Shown here: positions 37,308 through 45,882 of the stretch, in pieces
Position numbering within the stretch: position 1 is the stretch's first letter
How the letters are laid out: the number at the start of each line of letters is the position of its first letter
Source of the DNA: Verrucomicrobiota bacterium
Lineage (GTDB): Bacteria; Verrucomicrobiota; Verrucomicrobiia; Chthoniobacterales; JAFAMB01
NCBI GenBank assembly: GCA_019247695.1
Contig: JAFBAP010000183.1
Span: 301-64,300 of the forward strand
Direction of reading: 5' to 3'
DNA length: 64,000 nucleotides
Position numbers and translations under genes: made by a program
Notes under the pieces: generated by a model
Database searches by the model: none
What the model was told of the DNA's origin: nothing
What the model saw: only the letters and a program-made list of their open reading frames with translations

Positions 37308-39403
37308 GCGCTCTGCAGGGCGGTAGTTTTATGGAATCTTTTGATCTCGAAGCCTTTCTCTTTGAAATTCGGCGTTTTTGGTGGCTGATCCTGGTCATCA
37401 CTATCGTCGCCCTCGGATGCGGGTACGCGATACACCTGCTGTCGCCGGTCGAATTCAAGTCAGGCGCAAAAATGGTTGTAGGCGGCAAACTCAACATCCC
37501 GTCAGCGTCCGTGTACAGTGAGCAAGCCGCCGCGGCGGATTTTGTCGGCACCCAGGCAGCCGTCATGCAAAGCCGGGACGTTTGCCGTGAGGCCGACAAG
37601 ACACTCCGGCAACAGGGCAAGCTGCCGCCGGAAAAAGGGGTGGAACTTCAAGCCACCGCCGTTCCGAAAACGACGGTGTTCATCGTGGAGGCCACCAGCA
37701 CCGACCCGGATTACACCCGTGCTTACCTCCAGGAAGCCATCCGGGCTTACATCGAGCTCCGTAAACGAATGCGTTCGGAGCAGTCTCGGGAAGCCGTTTC
37801 CGCGTTGACCGAGGAAGTGGTGCGGGTCCGCGGAGAGGTTGACGCCGCCACCCGGGACCTGAACAGCTTTCAGCAAAAGATCAGTGTGGGCTCGCTCGAG
37901 GACGAGGTTACGGCCGAAACCGCTTACCTGGCGAGTTTGCGCAAGCGTTACGCCGACCTTCGTTTGCAGAAGTCGATCGCCGTAACGGGAGCCCCGGACC
38001 CGAACGCGGCGGCGGCCGGCGCCGTTCAGGACGCCGACACTAACAATCTCAACGGAGTTCTGCCTGATCAGACCGGACAGCAATTGCCTGACCAGCAACT
38101 GCGCCAGGCCAGGCAAAACCTGACCATGCTCCAGGCGGAAAAAGCGCGTCTGCAGAACAACCTGCGTCGGGATCATCCCAGGATTAAGCAAATCGATCTC
38201 CGCATCCGTGAGGCGCAAAACCTGGTCGGTTTCCTGCAGGACCAGATACAACACGGGAACACGGAACGGGTCGAATCGATTGACCGCGAGATGACCGCGT
38301 TGCAGGACGAAATTTCGCAGCGTGAGCACAAGATCAGCCAACTCAACCAGAACATCGCCGAATACCAGACGCTCAAGGACCGGCTCGCTGCCAGTCGTGA
38401 AACTTACCAACGCTTAACTAACAGCGTCCAGAACGTTGATGTGGCGCGGCAGGTCGATCAGGAGGTCATTAACGTCCTGGAGAGCCCATCGACCCCTGTT
38501 CCGGTTCACACCCGTCTACTCGTCACGCTTGCTATGTCCCTGGCGATCGGCCTTGTGATCGGGGTAGGCGCGACGACCCTGTTCTCGCGGCTCGCGCGCC
38601 GTTTCCAGACCATTTCCCAGATCAAGCGGACGCTCGGCTTGCCGGTGTTCGGGAGAATCCTGCACGACGGCTGGGTTAGCCGCCAGCGGACAGTCCTCGA
38701 TTGTACCCGCAAACACATCGGTTTTGCCGAATCGTTCCGGAACCTTCGTTCCACGCTCATGCTGCTTCCGCCGAGCGTGCGCGACCGGCGCTGCATCGCG
38801 GTCACCAGCGCCTTCCCGAACGAGGGTAAATCGACCATCGCCGTAAACATGGCCATTGCGCTCGCGGCCACCAATTCGCGCGTGTTACTGATCGACGCGG
38901 ACCTCCGGCGCGGGAAGCTGCACCAGTTGCTCAAGGTCAAAACCGGTCCCGGTTTCTCTGACCTTCTCATGCGCAAAAGTTCCGTTCAGCAGAGCATCCA
39001 CACCACGCGGATGCAGAACCTGATGTTGCTCCCGTCCGGAAACCGGGTCCCGAACGTCAGTGAACAGATTTTCCGGTCGAACTTTGATCGCACGCTCGAT
39101 GAACTCTGCAGACAGTTCGATTACGTGATCCTCGATACCCCACCCGTGCTTGCAACCGACGATGGCCCAACGATGGCGGCCAAGGCCGAGTGGGCGCTCT
39201 TCGTTGTCCGCCTGCGGCACAGCCGCCCCCGCGAAACCGAAAAGGCACTGGAGGAACTCCGGATGCGCCAGGTCGAAGTACCCGGGGTGGTGGTTAATTC
39301 CGTCAGCAAGCGGGATACCGGGCACAGCTATTACCATTACGCCTACTCGCTGGAAGACCAGCCTTTTGCAGGCACGGGGCTGCCGGAACGTAACCCGTTC
39401 TGA
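37304..39403 (+). CDS. Chain-length determinant / BY-kinase (Wzc/GumC-like tyrosine autokinase)
   Basis: GTG at 37304 (GTGA overlap) or ATG at 37331. N-terminal TM, long coiled-coil, second TM. Walker A PNEGKST, Walker A' LLIDADLRR, Walker B VILDTPP. Tyr-rich tail SYYHYAYS. Confidence 0.85.
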   Translation: MSALQGGSFMESFDLEAFLFEIRRFWWLILVITIVALGCGYAIHLLSPVEFKSGAKMVVGGKLNIPSASVYSEQAAAADFVGTQAAVMQSRDVCREADKTLRQQGKLPPEKGVELQATAVPKTTVFIVEATSTDPDYTRAYLQEAIRAYIELRKRMRSEQSREAVSALTEEVVRVRGEVDAATRDLNSFQQKISVGSLEDEVTAETAYLASLRKRYADLRLQKSIAVTGAPDPNAAAAGAVQDADTNNLNGVLPDQTGQQLPDQQLRQARQNLTMLQAEKARLQNNLRRDHPRIKQIDLRIREAQNLVGFLQDQIQHGNTERVESIDREMTALQDEISQREHKISQLNQNIAEYQTLKDRLAASRETYQRLTNSVQNVDVARQVDQEVINVLESPSTPVPVHTRLLVTLAMSLAIGLVIGVGATTLFSRLARRFQTISQIKRTLGLPVFGRILHDGWVSRQRTVLDCTRKHIGFAESFRNLRSTLMLLPPSVRDRRCIAVTSAFPNEGKSTIAVNMAIALAATNSRVLLIDADLRRGKLHQLLKVKTGPGFSDLLMRKSSVQQSIHTTRMQNLMLLPSGNRVPNVSEQIFRSNFDRTLDELCRQFDYVILDTPPVLATDDGPTMAAKAEWALFVVRLRHSRPRETEKALEELRMRQVEVPGVVVNSVSKRDTGHSYYHYAYSLEDQPFAGTGLPERNPF

Positions 39404-39563
39404 TTCGGCACGGTGCGAGTTATACCATTTCGACGGCCATGGAGGTAAAATTTTGCCTTCCTTCCCGGGTACCCTGCCAGCGTTACACCTATTGGACCGT
39501 ATACACGGGCGAAGCCAAACGGGCCGGCAGACGGTTTGATGGCCTGAAGGGCCAAAGGAACTT

Positions 39564-39598
39564 AGCCCGGGGCTTTACCCCCTGGGTAACCCCGGGCT
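39564..39598. other. Perfect 9-bp stem-loop in the convergent gap
   Basis: AGCCCGGGG ...17 nt... CCCCGGGCT. There is no U-tract on either strand, so function is unassigned. Confidence 0.3.
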
Positions 39599-39743
39599 AT
39601 GTTCCAGCGCCCCTTCAGGGCTGAAATCCGGTCGAAACGTTACCGAGATAATCGCCTGAATGGTATTAGCTCTTACCCAATCGACGCGGGCAAGGAGCGG
39701 GTCAGCAGGTCGATGTTAGCCGCCTTTCGATCAACGAAAGTCC

Positions 39744-40469
39744 TTACGGGTAGCGCCGGCGTAGCAATCCCCTGATCAGGGCTACGCATGCATCCCAGAG
39801 CTCGTTGATCGAAAGCTTGGACCGAAGCAATGCACATTCAGGCAACGGTACGTCCGGATCGGCGAAACGCTTGGCTTCCCGCACCAAACGCTGCAACTCC
39901 GCCTGCAGCGTTTCGTCCGCGGCGGGTGCGGGCAACGGGCGCCCAAACGCAACGAAAATAAATGGGTTCTCCTGGTCCCGGAATTCGTACCGGAGCGCGC
40001 ACGGCAGGATGGCTGCACCGGCCCGGGCGGCAATGTAGGTGGCGCCCCGGCGGACCCGGATAGGTTCGTCGGGCGCCATCAACTTGCCTTGCGGAAAGAT
40101 CCATACCGCCGCGCCCGGCTGCTTGAGGAGCGCCTGCGCGTGCCGGACGGTGGCGAGCGCCTTTCCTGGGGCATCCAGGTCGACGCCGAAGGCGCCGGCA
40201 AAACGAAAAAACCAGTAACGCCGCAAGTGCCGTTCTTCCTGCACCACATAGAATCGTTTACGGAGCCGTTGCGCGGTGAGCAAACCGGCGACAAAACCAT
40301 CCCACCAATTCGTGTGATTGGCGCACACCACCAGGGATTGTTTCCGGCCCAGTGCTTGCAGGTTTTCGGCCCCGATCAGGTAGATGCCTTGGAACCGGCG
40401 GCGCAATGCCAGCCAGATAAGCACGCGCACAAGCAGGACGAACGAACCCTGGCGGCGCGCCTTCAGCAT
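39744..40469 (-). CDS. Lysophospholipid/1-acyl-glycerol-3-phosphate acyltransferase-family protein (PlsC-like)
   Basis: Has the HX4D-type block CANHTNWWDG and a later FPQGK block. Overlaps the crtB stop by 7 nt, so it is the last gene of the carotenoid operon. Confidence 0.8.
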   Translation of the reverse strand: MLKARRQGSFVLLVRVLIWLALRRRFQGIYLIGAENLQALGRKQSLVVCANHTNWWDGFVAGLLTAQRLRKRFYVVQEERHLRRYWFFRFAGAFGVDLDAPGKALATVRHAQALLKQPGAAVWIFPQGKLMAPDEPIRVRRGATYIAARAGAAILPCALRYEFRDQENPFIFVAFGRPLPAPAADETLQAELQRLVREAKRFADPDVPLPECALLRSKLSINELWDACVALIRGLLRRRYP

Positions 40470-41404
40470 GCGACCGCGGATCCGCGGTTGTTGGCCCGGG
40501 TGCGCCGGTAGTCGCGGTACGCCCGTCCGGCCAGGGCGATTTTACGCGCGAGTGAGGTGCTGGCACGCTTCCGGAAAACATCGAATTGCTGTTTTTCAAT
40601 CTCCTCCAGAATGCCGGCGTAGATATGGCGCATCATCCAGACCGTAACCTGGGAACCATCATCGGCCAGCATCGGGATTCCGGCCTCGGAGCGAATGTAG
40701 AAGGCCCGCGCCCGCGCGATTTGAAACTGCATTAATTGCCGGAAAGGTTCTGTAACTCTGCCGCACGCCGCGTCCTCGATCTTCACCCCGAAGCGGGCCA
40801 GTTCATCCGCCGGCAGATAAACCCGGCCCCGTTCCCAATCTTCGCGGATGTCCCGCAGGATGTTGGTCAACTGCATGGCAATCCCCAACTCCACCGCGTG
40901 CTCGGCGCCATCATGGCCACCGGCGAGGCCCAGGACAGGGCACATCGCCAGCCCAACCACCGAGGCCACATGATAACAGTACCGGCGAAGCTCATCCCAC
41001 GTCCGGAGTGCGATCGGGCCGGCGTCCATCAGCACCCCTCGGGTTAGGTCCAAAAACGGTTCCGGAGGTATCCGATACGACTTGACGGAATTGGCAAACG
41101 CGAGGGCAAACGGTGGGCCCGGCACCTCCCCGGAAACCAGGCCCGCGAATTCTTCACGGACCCGGGCAACCAGTTCGGCACCGTTGTGTCCCGGTTGCCG
41201 CTGATCAATCAGGTCGTCCAGGTAACGGCAAAAGGCGTAGAGCGAGTACGCCGCGACTCTCTTACCTTTAGGCAGTGCGAATGAGGCAAAATAAAAGCTC
41301 CGGGCATGCCTGCGGGTGTTCTCCCGGCAATAGCGCTCACTTGCCGCAAGCGTTACATGAGCGGCCACATCCGGCCGGCGGCACCCTGCAGAGATAGCAA
41401 ACAT
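40463..41404 (-). CDS. crtB: Phytoene (or related squalene/phytoene-family) synthase
   Basis: Motifs SFYFASFALPKGKRVAAYSLYAFCRYLDDLID and AMQLTNILRDIREDWERGRVYLP, the two Asp-rich regions of the SQS/PSY family. Confidence 0.85.
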   Translation of the reverse strand: MFAISAGCRRPDVAAHVTLAASERYCRENTRRHARSFYFASFALPKGKRVAAYSLYAFCRYLDDLIDQRQPGHNGAELVARVREEFAGLVSGEVPGPPFALAFANSVKSYRIPPEPFLDLTRGVLMDAGPIALRTWDELRRYCYHVASVVGLAMCPVLGLAGGHDGAEHAVELGIAMQLTNILRDIREDWERGRVYLPADELARFGVKIEDAACGRVTEPFRQLMQFQIARARAFYIRSEAGIPMLADDGSQVTVWMMRHIYAGILEEIEKQQFDVFRKRASTSLARKIALAGRAYRDYRRTRANNRGSAVAC

Positions 41405-41429
41405 AGCCCTGAACTGGTTTCCCTGGCGA

Positions 41430-42995
41430 TCATGCCAGAATGTCCCGGCGGGTCGAGCTTAAACCCGCCGTCGCCCCCGGCGCCGGCACCACCCGGTCCA
41501 ACACTTTGGCGCTGCAGAGCACCCCCGGCAGGCCCGCCCCGGGATGGGTACCGGCGCCAGTGAAATAGAGCGCCTGCACATCTTCACTGACGTTATGGGG
41601 TCGGAACCAGGCGCTCTGCGTGAGAACCGGTTCGAACTGGAACGCAGATCCTGCGTATGCATCAAGTTCGTACTCAAAGTCCGCAGGCGTCATGATGCGC
41701 CGTGTGACGATATGACGGCGCAGATCCGGGCACCACCGTTCCAACGAGGCCAGAATTTGCTCGGCATACGCTTCCTTGACGCCGGCCCAGTCCACGCGCC
41801 CCTGCAGATTCGGCACCGGTGAAAGGACATAGAAGCATTCACAGCCCGGCGGTGCCAGCGTCGGGTCAGTCCGGGTCGGTGCGTGCAGGTAGACTGAAAA
41901 GTCGGAGGCCAGAACCTTGCGGCTGAAAATGTCCTTGAGCAACTCGCCGTAACGCTCGGTCAGGATGATCGTGTGGTGGGCCAGGTCGGGGTAGGTGCGG
42001 TCCGTGCCGAAGTACACGACAAACAGGCCCATTGAATAGCGCATCCTTTGCAGGCGTTGGTCGGTCCACTTCCGGCGCCACTCCGGCGCGATCAGTTTTC
42101 GGTAGGTGTTCGCCGTATCCCCGTTTGACACGACCAGCGCGGTGCGGAACTCGGCGCCGCCGGCCGTCCGTATCCCGGTCGCGCGTCCCCGCTCCACCAG
42201 GATCTGCGACACCGGCGAGTTCAGGTGCAGCACGCCGCCCATCTCGCGAAAGAGTTGCACCAGAGCGTTAACCACTGCCCCGGTGCCGCCCATCGCGAAA
42301 TGCACCCCCCACTTCCGCTCCAGAAAGTGAATCATTGAATAGATCGAACTTGCCTGAAACGGGTTGCCGCCGATTAACAAGGGGTGAAAGCTGAACACCT
42401 GGCGCAGTTGCGGGTCCTGCAGGTAACGGCAGATCAGCCCGTAGACCGATTCGTGCGAGCGCAGGCGGATAAGATCCGGCGCAATTCTGGCCATGTCCCG
42501 GAAAGTCGAGAATGGCCGGTCAGCCAGGTCCACGAACGCACGCCGGAAGATCGCCTCAGATTGCCGGACAAACCGGCGGTAACCCGCGACGTCAGCACGG
42601 TTGAACTTCTCAATTTCGGCGAGGATGCGGCTTTCGTCGCCGGTGTAATCAAACCGGCGGCCGTCAGGAAAAAGGATTCGGTAATACGGGTCGCAGGGGA
42701 CGATCCGCAGGTAATCGGCGAGGTTTCGCCCAGCGAGCGTGAACAGTTCCTCGATCAGGAATGGCGCCGTAATAATGGTGGGACCTGCATCAAACGTAAA
42801 CCCGTCCTGTTCATAAACGTACGCCCGGCCGCCCGGTTTATCCCGCATTTCGAACAGGTGGACCTGGTAGCCGCGCGCCTGCAGACGAATCGCGGCCGCC
42901 AACCCGCCAAAACCGCTCCCGATCACCGCCGCCCGGAGCTGAGGGCCAGGCCGTTCGGCTGATGAAGGTGCGACCGCTGGCGTGCACGTTGTCAT
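41430..42995 (-). CDS. crtI: Phytoene desaturase (CrtI-type FAD oxidoreductase)
   Basis: Motifs AAVIGSGFGGLAAAIRL, PGGRAYVYEQDGFTFDAGPTIIT, and C-terminal YFTGAGTHPGAGLPGV. Confidence 0.9.
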   Translation of the reverse strand: MTTCTPAVAPSSAERPGPQLRAAVIGSGFGGLAAAIRLQARGYQVHLFEMRDKPGGRAYVYEQDGFTFDAGPTIITAPFLIEELFTLAGRNLADYLRIVPCDPYYRILFPDGRRFDYTGDESRILAEIEKFNRADVAGYRRFVRQSEAIFRRAFVDLADRPFSTFRDMARIAPDLIRLRSHESVYGLICRYLQDPQLRQVFSFHPLLIGGNPFQASSIYSMIHFLERKWGVHFAMGGTGAVVNALVQLFREMGGVLHLNSPVSQILVERGRATGIRTAGGAEFRTALVVSNGDTANTYRKLIAPEWRRKWTDQRLQRMRYSMGLFVVYFGTDRTYPDLAHHTIILTERYGELLKDIFSRKVLASDFSVYLHAPTRTDPTLAPPGCECFYVLSPVPNLQGRVDWAGVKEAYAEQILASLERWCPDLRRHIVTRRIMTPADFEYELDAYAGSAFQFEPVLTQSAWFRPHNVSEDVQALYFTGAGTHPGAGLPGVLCSAKVLDRVVPAPGATAGLSSTRRDILA

Positions 42996-44089
42996 GAGGT
43001 TTGAATGAGGCGTCGGATCGTTTGCAAAAGATTGTGCAGTCCGGTCTGGATTTCGGGCCTGAGCATCGGTGATTCGATCGCCAGGCAGGTTTGCTGGAAT
43101 AATTGTTCCACCACCGCCTCCTGCTCGGCCACTGCCTCGCTCTTCACGATGAGCCGTTGCATCTGACGGAGATCCGATGCGGTGCGTGACTTCTGACCCA
43201 GCAAGTTACGCAACTGCATGCGGTCTTCCGGCCCGAGGCGATCGTAAGCGGTGCATAATAGCAAGGTCTTTTTACCTTCTACCAGATCATCGCTTAACCC
43301 GCCCTGAACCCCGCGCACGAATTCTTTCAAGTCGTTCTGAATCTGAAACGCCAGACCGGCCGGCTGCGCCACGGCAGCCAACTGGCGCAATTCCGTTTCC
43401 GTAAGGCCGCCGATGATTCCGGCCAGAACGAGCGGGCATTCGAAGGTGTACCGGGCGGTCTTGCATTGATACATCCACTTGATCTCCCTTGCGCTTACCT
43501 GCGAAATACAACCCTCGCCCAGCAGGATGTCGGCGATCTCGCCATAACCCGTATCAAAAACGTAATCCAGAAGTTTCGAAAGCAAGGTTGCACGGACCGG
43601 GATCCGCGTATCGATGATGCATTTCTGGGCTAACGCAAAAAGCAGGTCTCCGAAAACGATCGTCAGGTTAGAACCGGTGCGGGCCGGTTGGCCGCCCTTA
43701 CTTCGGTCTTCGAGGGAACGGTGCAGCGACGGCAAATCACGCCGGAAATCAGAACTATCGATCAGGTCGTCGTGGATCAGCACGAACGCGTGCAACAATT
43801 CCAGACCGGTCGCAACCGACACAAGCTCATTAAGCAGATGCGCCGATTCTGCTGGCTGGAACAGCTCCGCTGCCTGGAGAAACAGGAGAGGCCGGATGCG
43901 TTTGCCGGGCCTCCGCATATACTCCAGAAGCGCTTCATGAAAAAGGTCCAGGCGTTTGTCGCGGTATAGCTGGGTTAACCCGGCCAACTTGCGTACGAGT
44001 TGGTCGTCTACCAACCGGCGAAAAACCTGCGGGTGAGTAGGCGTGAAATCCTCCGCCGGTAGTCCCTGAGTTAACGGTGCCACGTCCAA
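42992..44089 (-). CDS. Polyprenyl diphosphate synthase family protein (CrtE-like position; atypical second Asp-rich motif)
   Basis: Only the C-terminal ~365 aa of the 753-aa ORF look like this family (GKRIRPLL, FARM LIHDDLID). There is no in-frame ATG upstream of the GKR motif; the candidate starts are TTG 44089 and GTG 44083. ATGA overlap with crtI. Confidence 0.7.
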   Translation of the reverse strand: MDVAPLTQGLPAEDFTPTHPQVFRRLVDDQLVRKLAGLTQLYRDKRLDLFHEALLEYMRRPGKRIRPLLFLQAAELFQPAESAHLLNELVSVATGLELLHAFVLIHDDLIDSSDFRRDLPSLHRSLEDRSKGGQPARTGSNLTIVFGDLLFALAQKCIIDTRIPVRATLLSKLLDYVFDTGYGEIADILLGEGCISQVSAREIKWMYQCKTARYTFECPLVLAGIIGGLTETELRQLAAVAQPAGLAFQIQNDLKEFVRGVQGGLSDDLVEGKKTLLLCTAYDRLGPEDRMQLRNLLGQKSRTASDLRQMQRLIVKSEAVAEQEAVVEQLFQQTCLAIESPMLRPEIQTGLHNLLQTIRRLIQTS

Positions 44090-44124
44090 AAATACGCGAG
44101 GTGTAAATATTTGGATGCTCAGGC

Positions 44125-44456
44125 GGGTTCGGAGTTCGGGGTTCGGGGCTCGGAGCCGTCGTGGAACCGGGTCCGATCTCCTCCGAGGGGCACGCTCACA
44201 TGGCGGGAAGGCAGAATCATCCGCAGAACACGCAGAGAACGCAGAAAAAGAATCCCAAACGCTGGACCTGACAGCGGCAGCCGGCACCCATGATGCCGCT
44301 CCGCACTCCGAACTCCGAACTCCGAACTCCGAACTCTCCTCCTCCCGCCGTGGTCGCCGTGGTCCGCCGTGTTCGCCGTGTGAACTCTGTCGCCGTGCCC
44401 GCCAATCCCGCTGTGCCCGCCGTGTGACCGAACTCCGAACTCCGAACCCCGAACTC
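44125..44456. repeat. Composite repeat element, copy 2 (core inverted relative to copy 1)
   Basis: The core at 44150-44248 is the reverse complement of 18756-18854 at 86/99 positions (hand alignment). It is flanked by GTTCGG(A/G) repeats (44127-44155) and CTCCGAA x4 (44306-44333), then a CGCCGTG(G/T)T tandem module (44344-44429) and more CGAACTC repeats. Confidence 0.85.
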
Positions 44457-44509
44457 ATTGCAGCCCGGGCACACCGGCGTATGGTGATCCCGGTAACCCA
44501 TTTGCCTAC

Positions 44510-45631
44510 ATGACGTTTGCCGAACGCTTCCGTGATCCGAACCGCACCTTGTCCGCCAGCGCCCAATCTTTCCGACGCCTTCTGGAACCTTTGTCGAATC
44601 CGGGTCTGGAGGCGTTGGCGCAGCGCGCGGCCGCCATCACCCGCAAGCATTTCGGGCGCACGATGCGGTTGTTTGCACCGCTTTACTTGTCCAACGAGTG
44701 CATCAACAACTGCGCCTATTGCGGCTTTTCCCGTGACAACCCTATCCTGCGGGTGACCCTGACGGTCGAGCAGGTCCTGGCTGAAGCCCGTTACCTGGCC
44801 GATCGGGGCATCCGCAATGTCCTGCTCGTCTCCGGTGAGCACCCCAAGTACGTGTCCAACGGGTACCTGGCCTCCGTGGTGGCCGCGGTCCGGGACGTGA
44901 TTCCGGCGGTATCCCTCGAAGTGGCGCCGATGGAGGTGGAAGATTACCGCCCCCTGGTGGCCAACGGCGCGGAAGGGCTGGTCGTTTACCAGGAGACTTA
45001 CGATCGCGCCATCTACCGGGAAATGCATACGTCCGGGCCGAAACGCAATTTCGATTGGCGCCTGGAATGTCCCGAACGCGCGTTTGCCGCCGGGTTCCGG
45101 CGGCTGGGGATAGGCGTCCTTTTCGGCTTGGGGGATTGGCGGACGGAAGCGATGCACTTGTTTGAGCACGTGGAATTTCTGCTGCGCAAGTGTTGGCGGG
45201 CACAAATCACGGTAAGCTTGCCGCGATTGCGCCCGGCGGCGGGCGACTTTCACCCGAGGACGACGTTTTCAGAACGCGAACTCGTCCAGCTGGTCTGCGC
45301 GCTCAGGGTCATGCTCCCGCAAGTCGGTCTGGTTCTCAGCACCCGCGAACCGGGGCCCCTCCGGGATGCGCTGATGCCGTTGGGAATCACGATGATGAGC
45401 GCGGGCAGCTGCACGGCGCCGGGAGGCTATACCGGCCAGGGCTGCGAATCGCTCCACCTCACGGTTCGCGGCCGTGCCACGGCCGCCACGAATGTCCCTG
45501 GGAAAGCCGAAGCGCAGTTTGCCATCGACGACGATCGCTCGCCTGAAGAGGTCGCCGCCACGTTGACCCGCCTCGGCCTTGAGCCGGTTTGGAAGGATTG
45601 GGACCCGGCTCTCACCCTGGCGGACGCATGA
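44510..45631 (+). CDS. thiH: 2-iminoacetate synthase ThiH (radical SAM)
   Basis: Radical SAM motif CINNCAYC. Family blocks LYLSNEC, LLVSGEHP and VYQETYD. Confidence 0.9.
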   Translation: MTFAERFRDPNRTLSASAQSFRRLLEPLSNPGLEALAQRAAAITRKHFGRTMRLFAPLYLSNECINNCAYCGFSRDNPILRVTLTVEQVLAEARYLADRGIRNVLLVSGEHPKYVSNGYLASVVAAVRDVIPAVSLEVAPMEVEDYRPLVANGAEGLVVYQETYDRAIYREMHTSGPKRNFDWRLECPERAFAAGFRRLGIGVLFGLGDWRTEAMHLFEHVEFLLRKCWRAQITVSLPRLRPAAGDFHPRTTFSERELVQLVCALRVMLPQVGLVLSTREPGPLRDALMPLGITMMSAGSCTAPGGYTGQGCESLHLTVRGRATAATNVPGKAEAQFAIDDDRSPEEVAATLTRLGLEPVWKDWDPALTLADA

Positions 45632-45828
45632 AAATTCTGATTAACGGCCACCCTTCGGTTCAGTCCGACGACCTCACCGTCGGCGAACTGCTGGCCAGGC
45701 TTAACCTGCCGGAAAAAGCGGTCCTGGTGGAACGTAACCGTGAGCCCGTGGCGCGCAAAGATTTCGACGGGGTCCGTCTTAGGGAAGGCGACGTAGTGGA
45801 GATCGTGCAGATGGTGGCCGGCGGCTGA
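45628..45828 (+). CDS. thiS: Sulfur-carrier protein ThiS
   Basis: ATG at 45628 (ATGA overlap with thiH). 66 aa. MKILINGH...VEIVQMVAGG ends in Gly-Gly. Confidence 0.85.
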   Translation: MKILINGHPSVQSDDLTVGELLARLNLPEKAVLVERNREPVARKDFDGVRLREGDVVEIVQMVAGG

Positions 45829-45882
45829 CCCCGGCCAGGCTGTTGATCCGGGCGCCGGCTGGATTTTGTACAGAGCTGAGAC

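Noticed and set aside
39404-39743. 340-bp convergent intergenic region examined for an ncRNA or terminators.
   Set aside because: It contains a perfect 9-bp stem-loop (39564-39598) and a 6-bp one (CTTTCG/CGAAAG near 39725), but neither has a U-tract or a recognisable ncRNA signature. Only the larger hairpin is listed, at low confidence.
44090-44510. Expected TPP riboswitch upstream of thiH.
   Set aside because: No THI-box-like conserved strings were found by eye on either strand, so it is reported as an absence in the findings. A covariance-model scan is still needed.
42992-45253. A 753-aa minus-strand ORF, the largest in the track.
   Set aside because: Only the C-terminal ~365 aa look like a polyprenyl synthase. 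The N-terminal half reads antisense through thiH (44510 onward) and through repeat copy 2, giving SEFGVRSSE-type translated repeats. The frame stays open because the repeat and high-GC antisense sequence lack stop codons.
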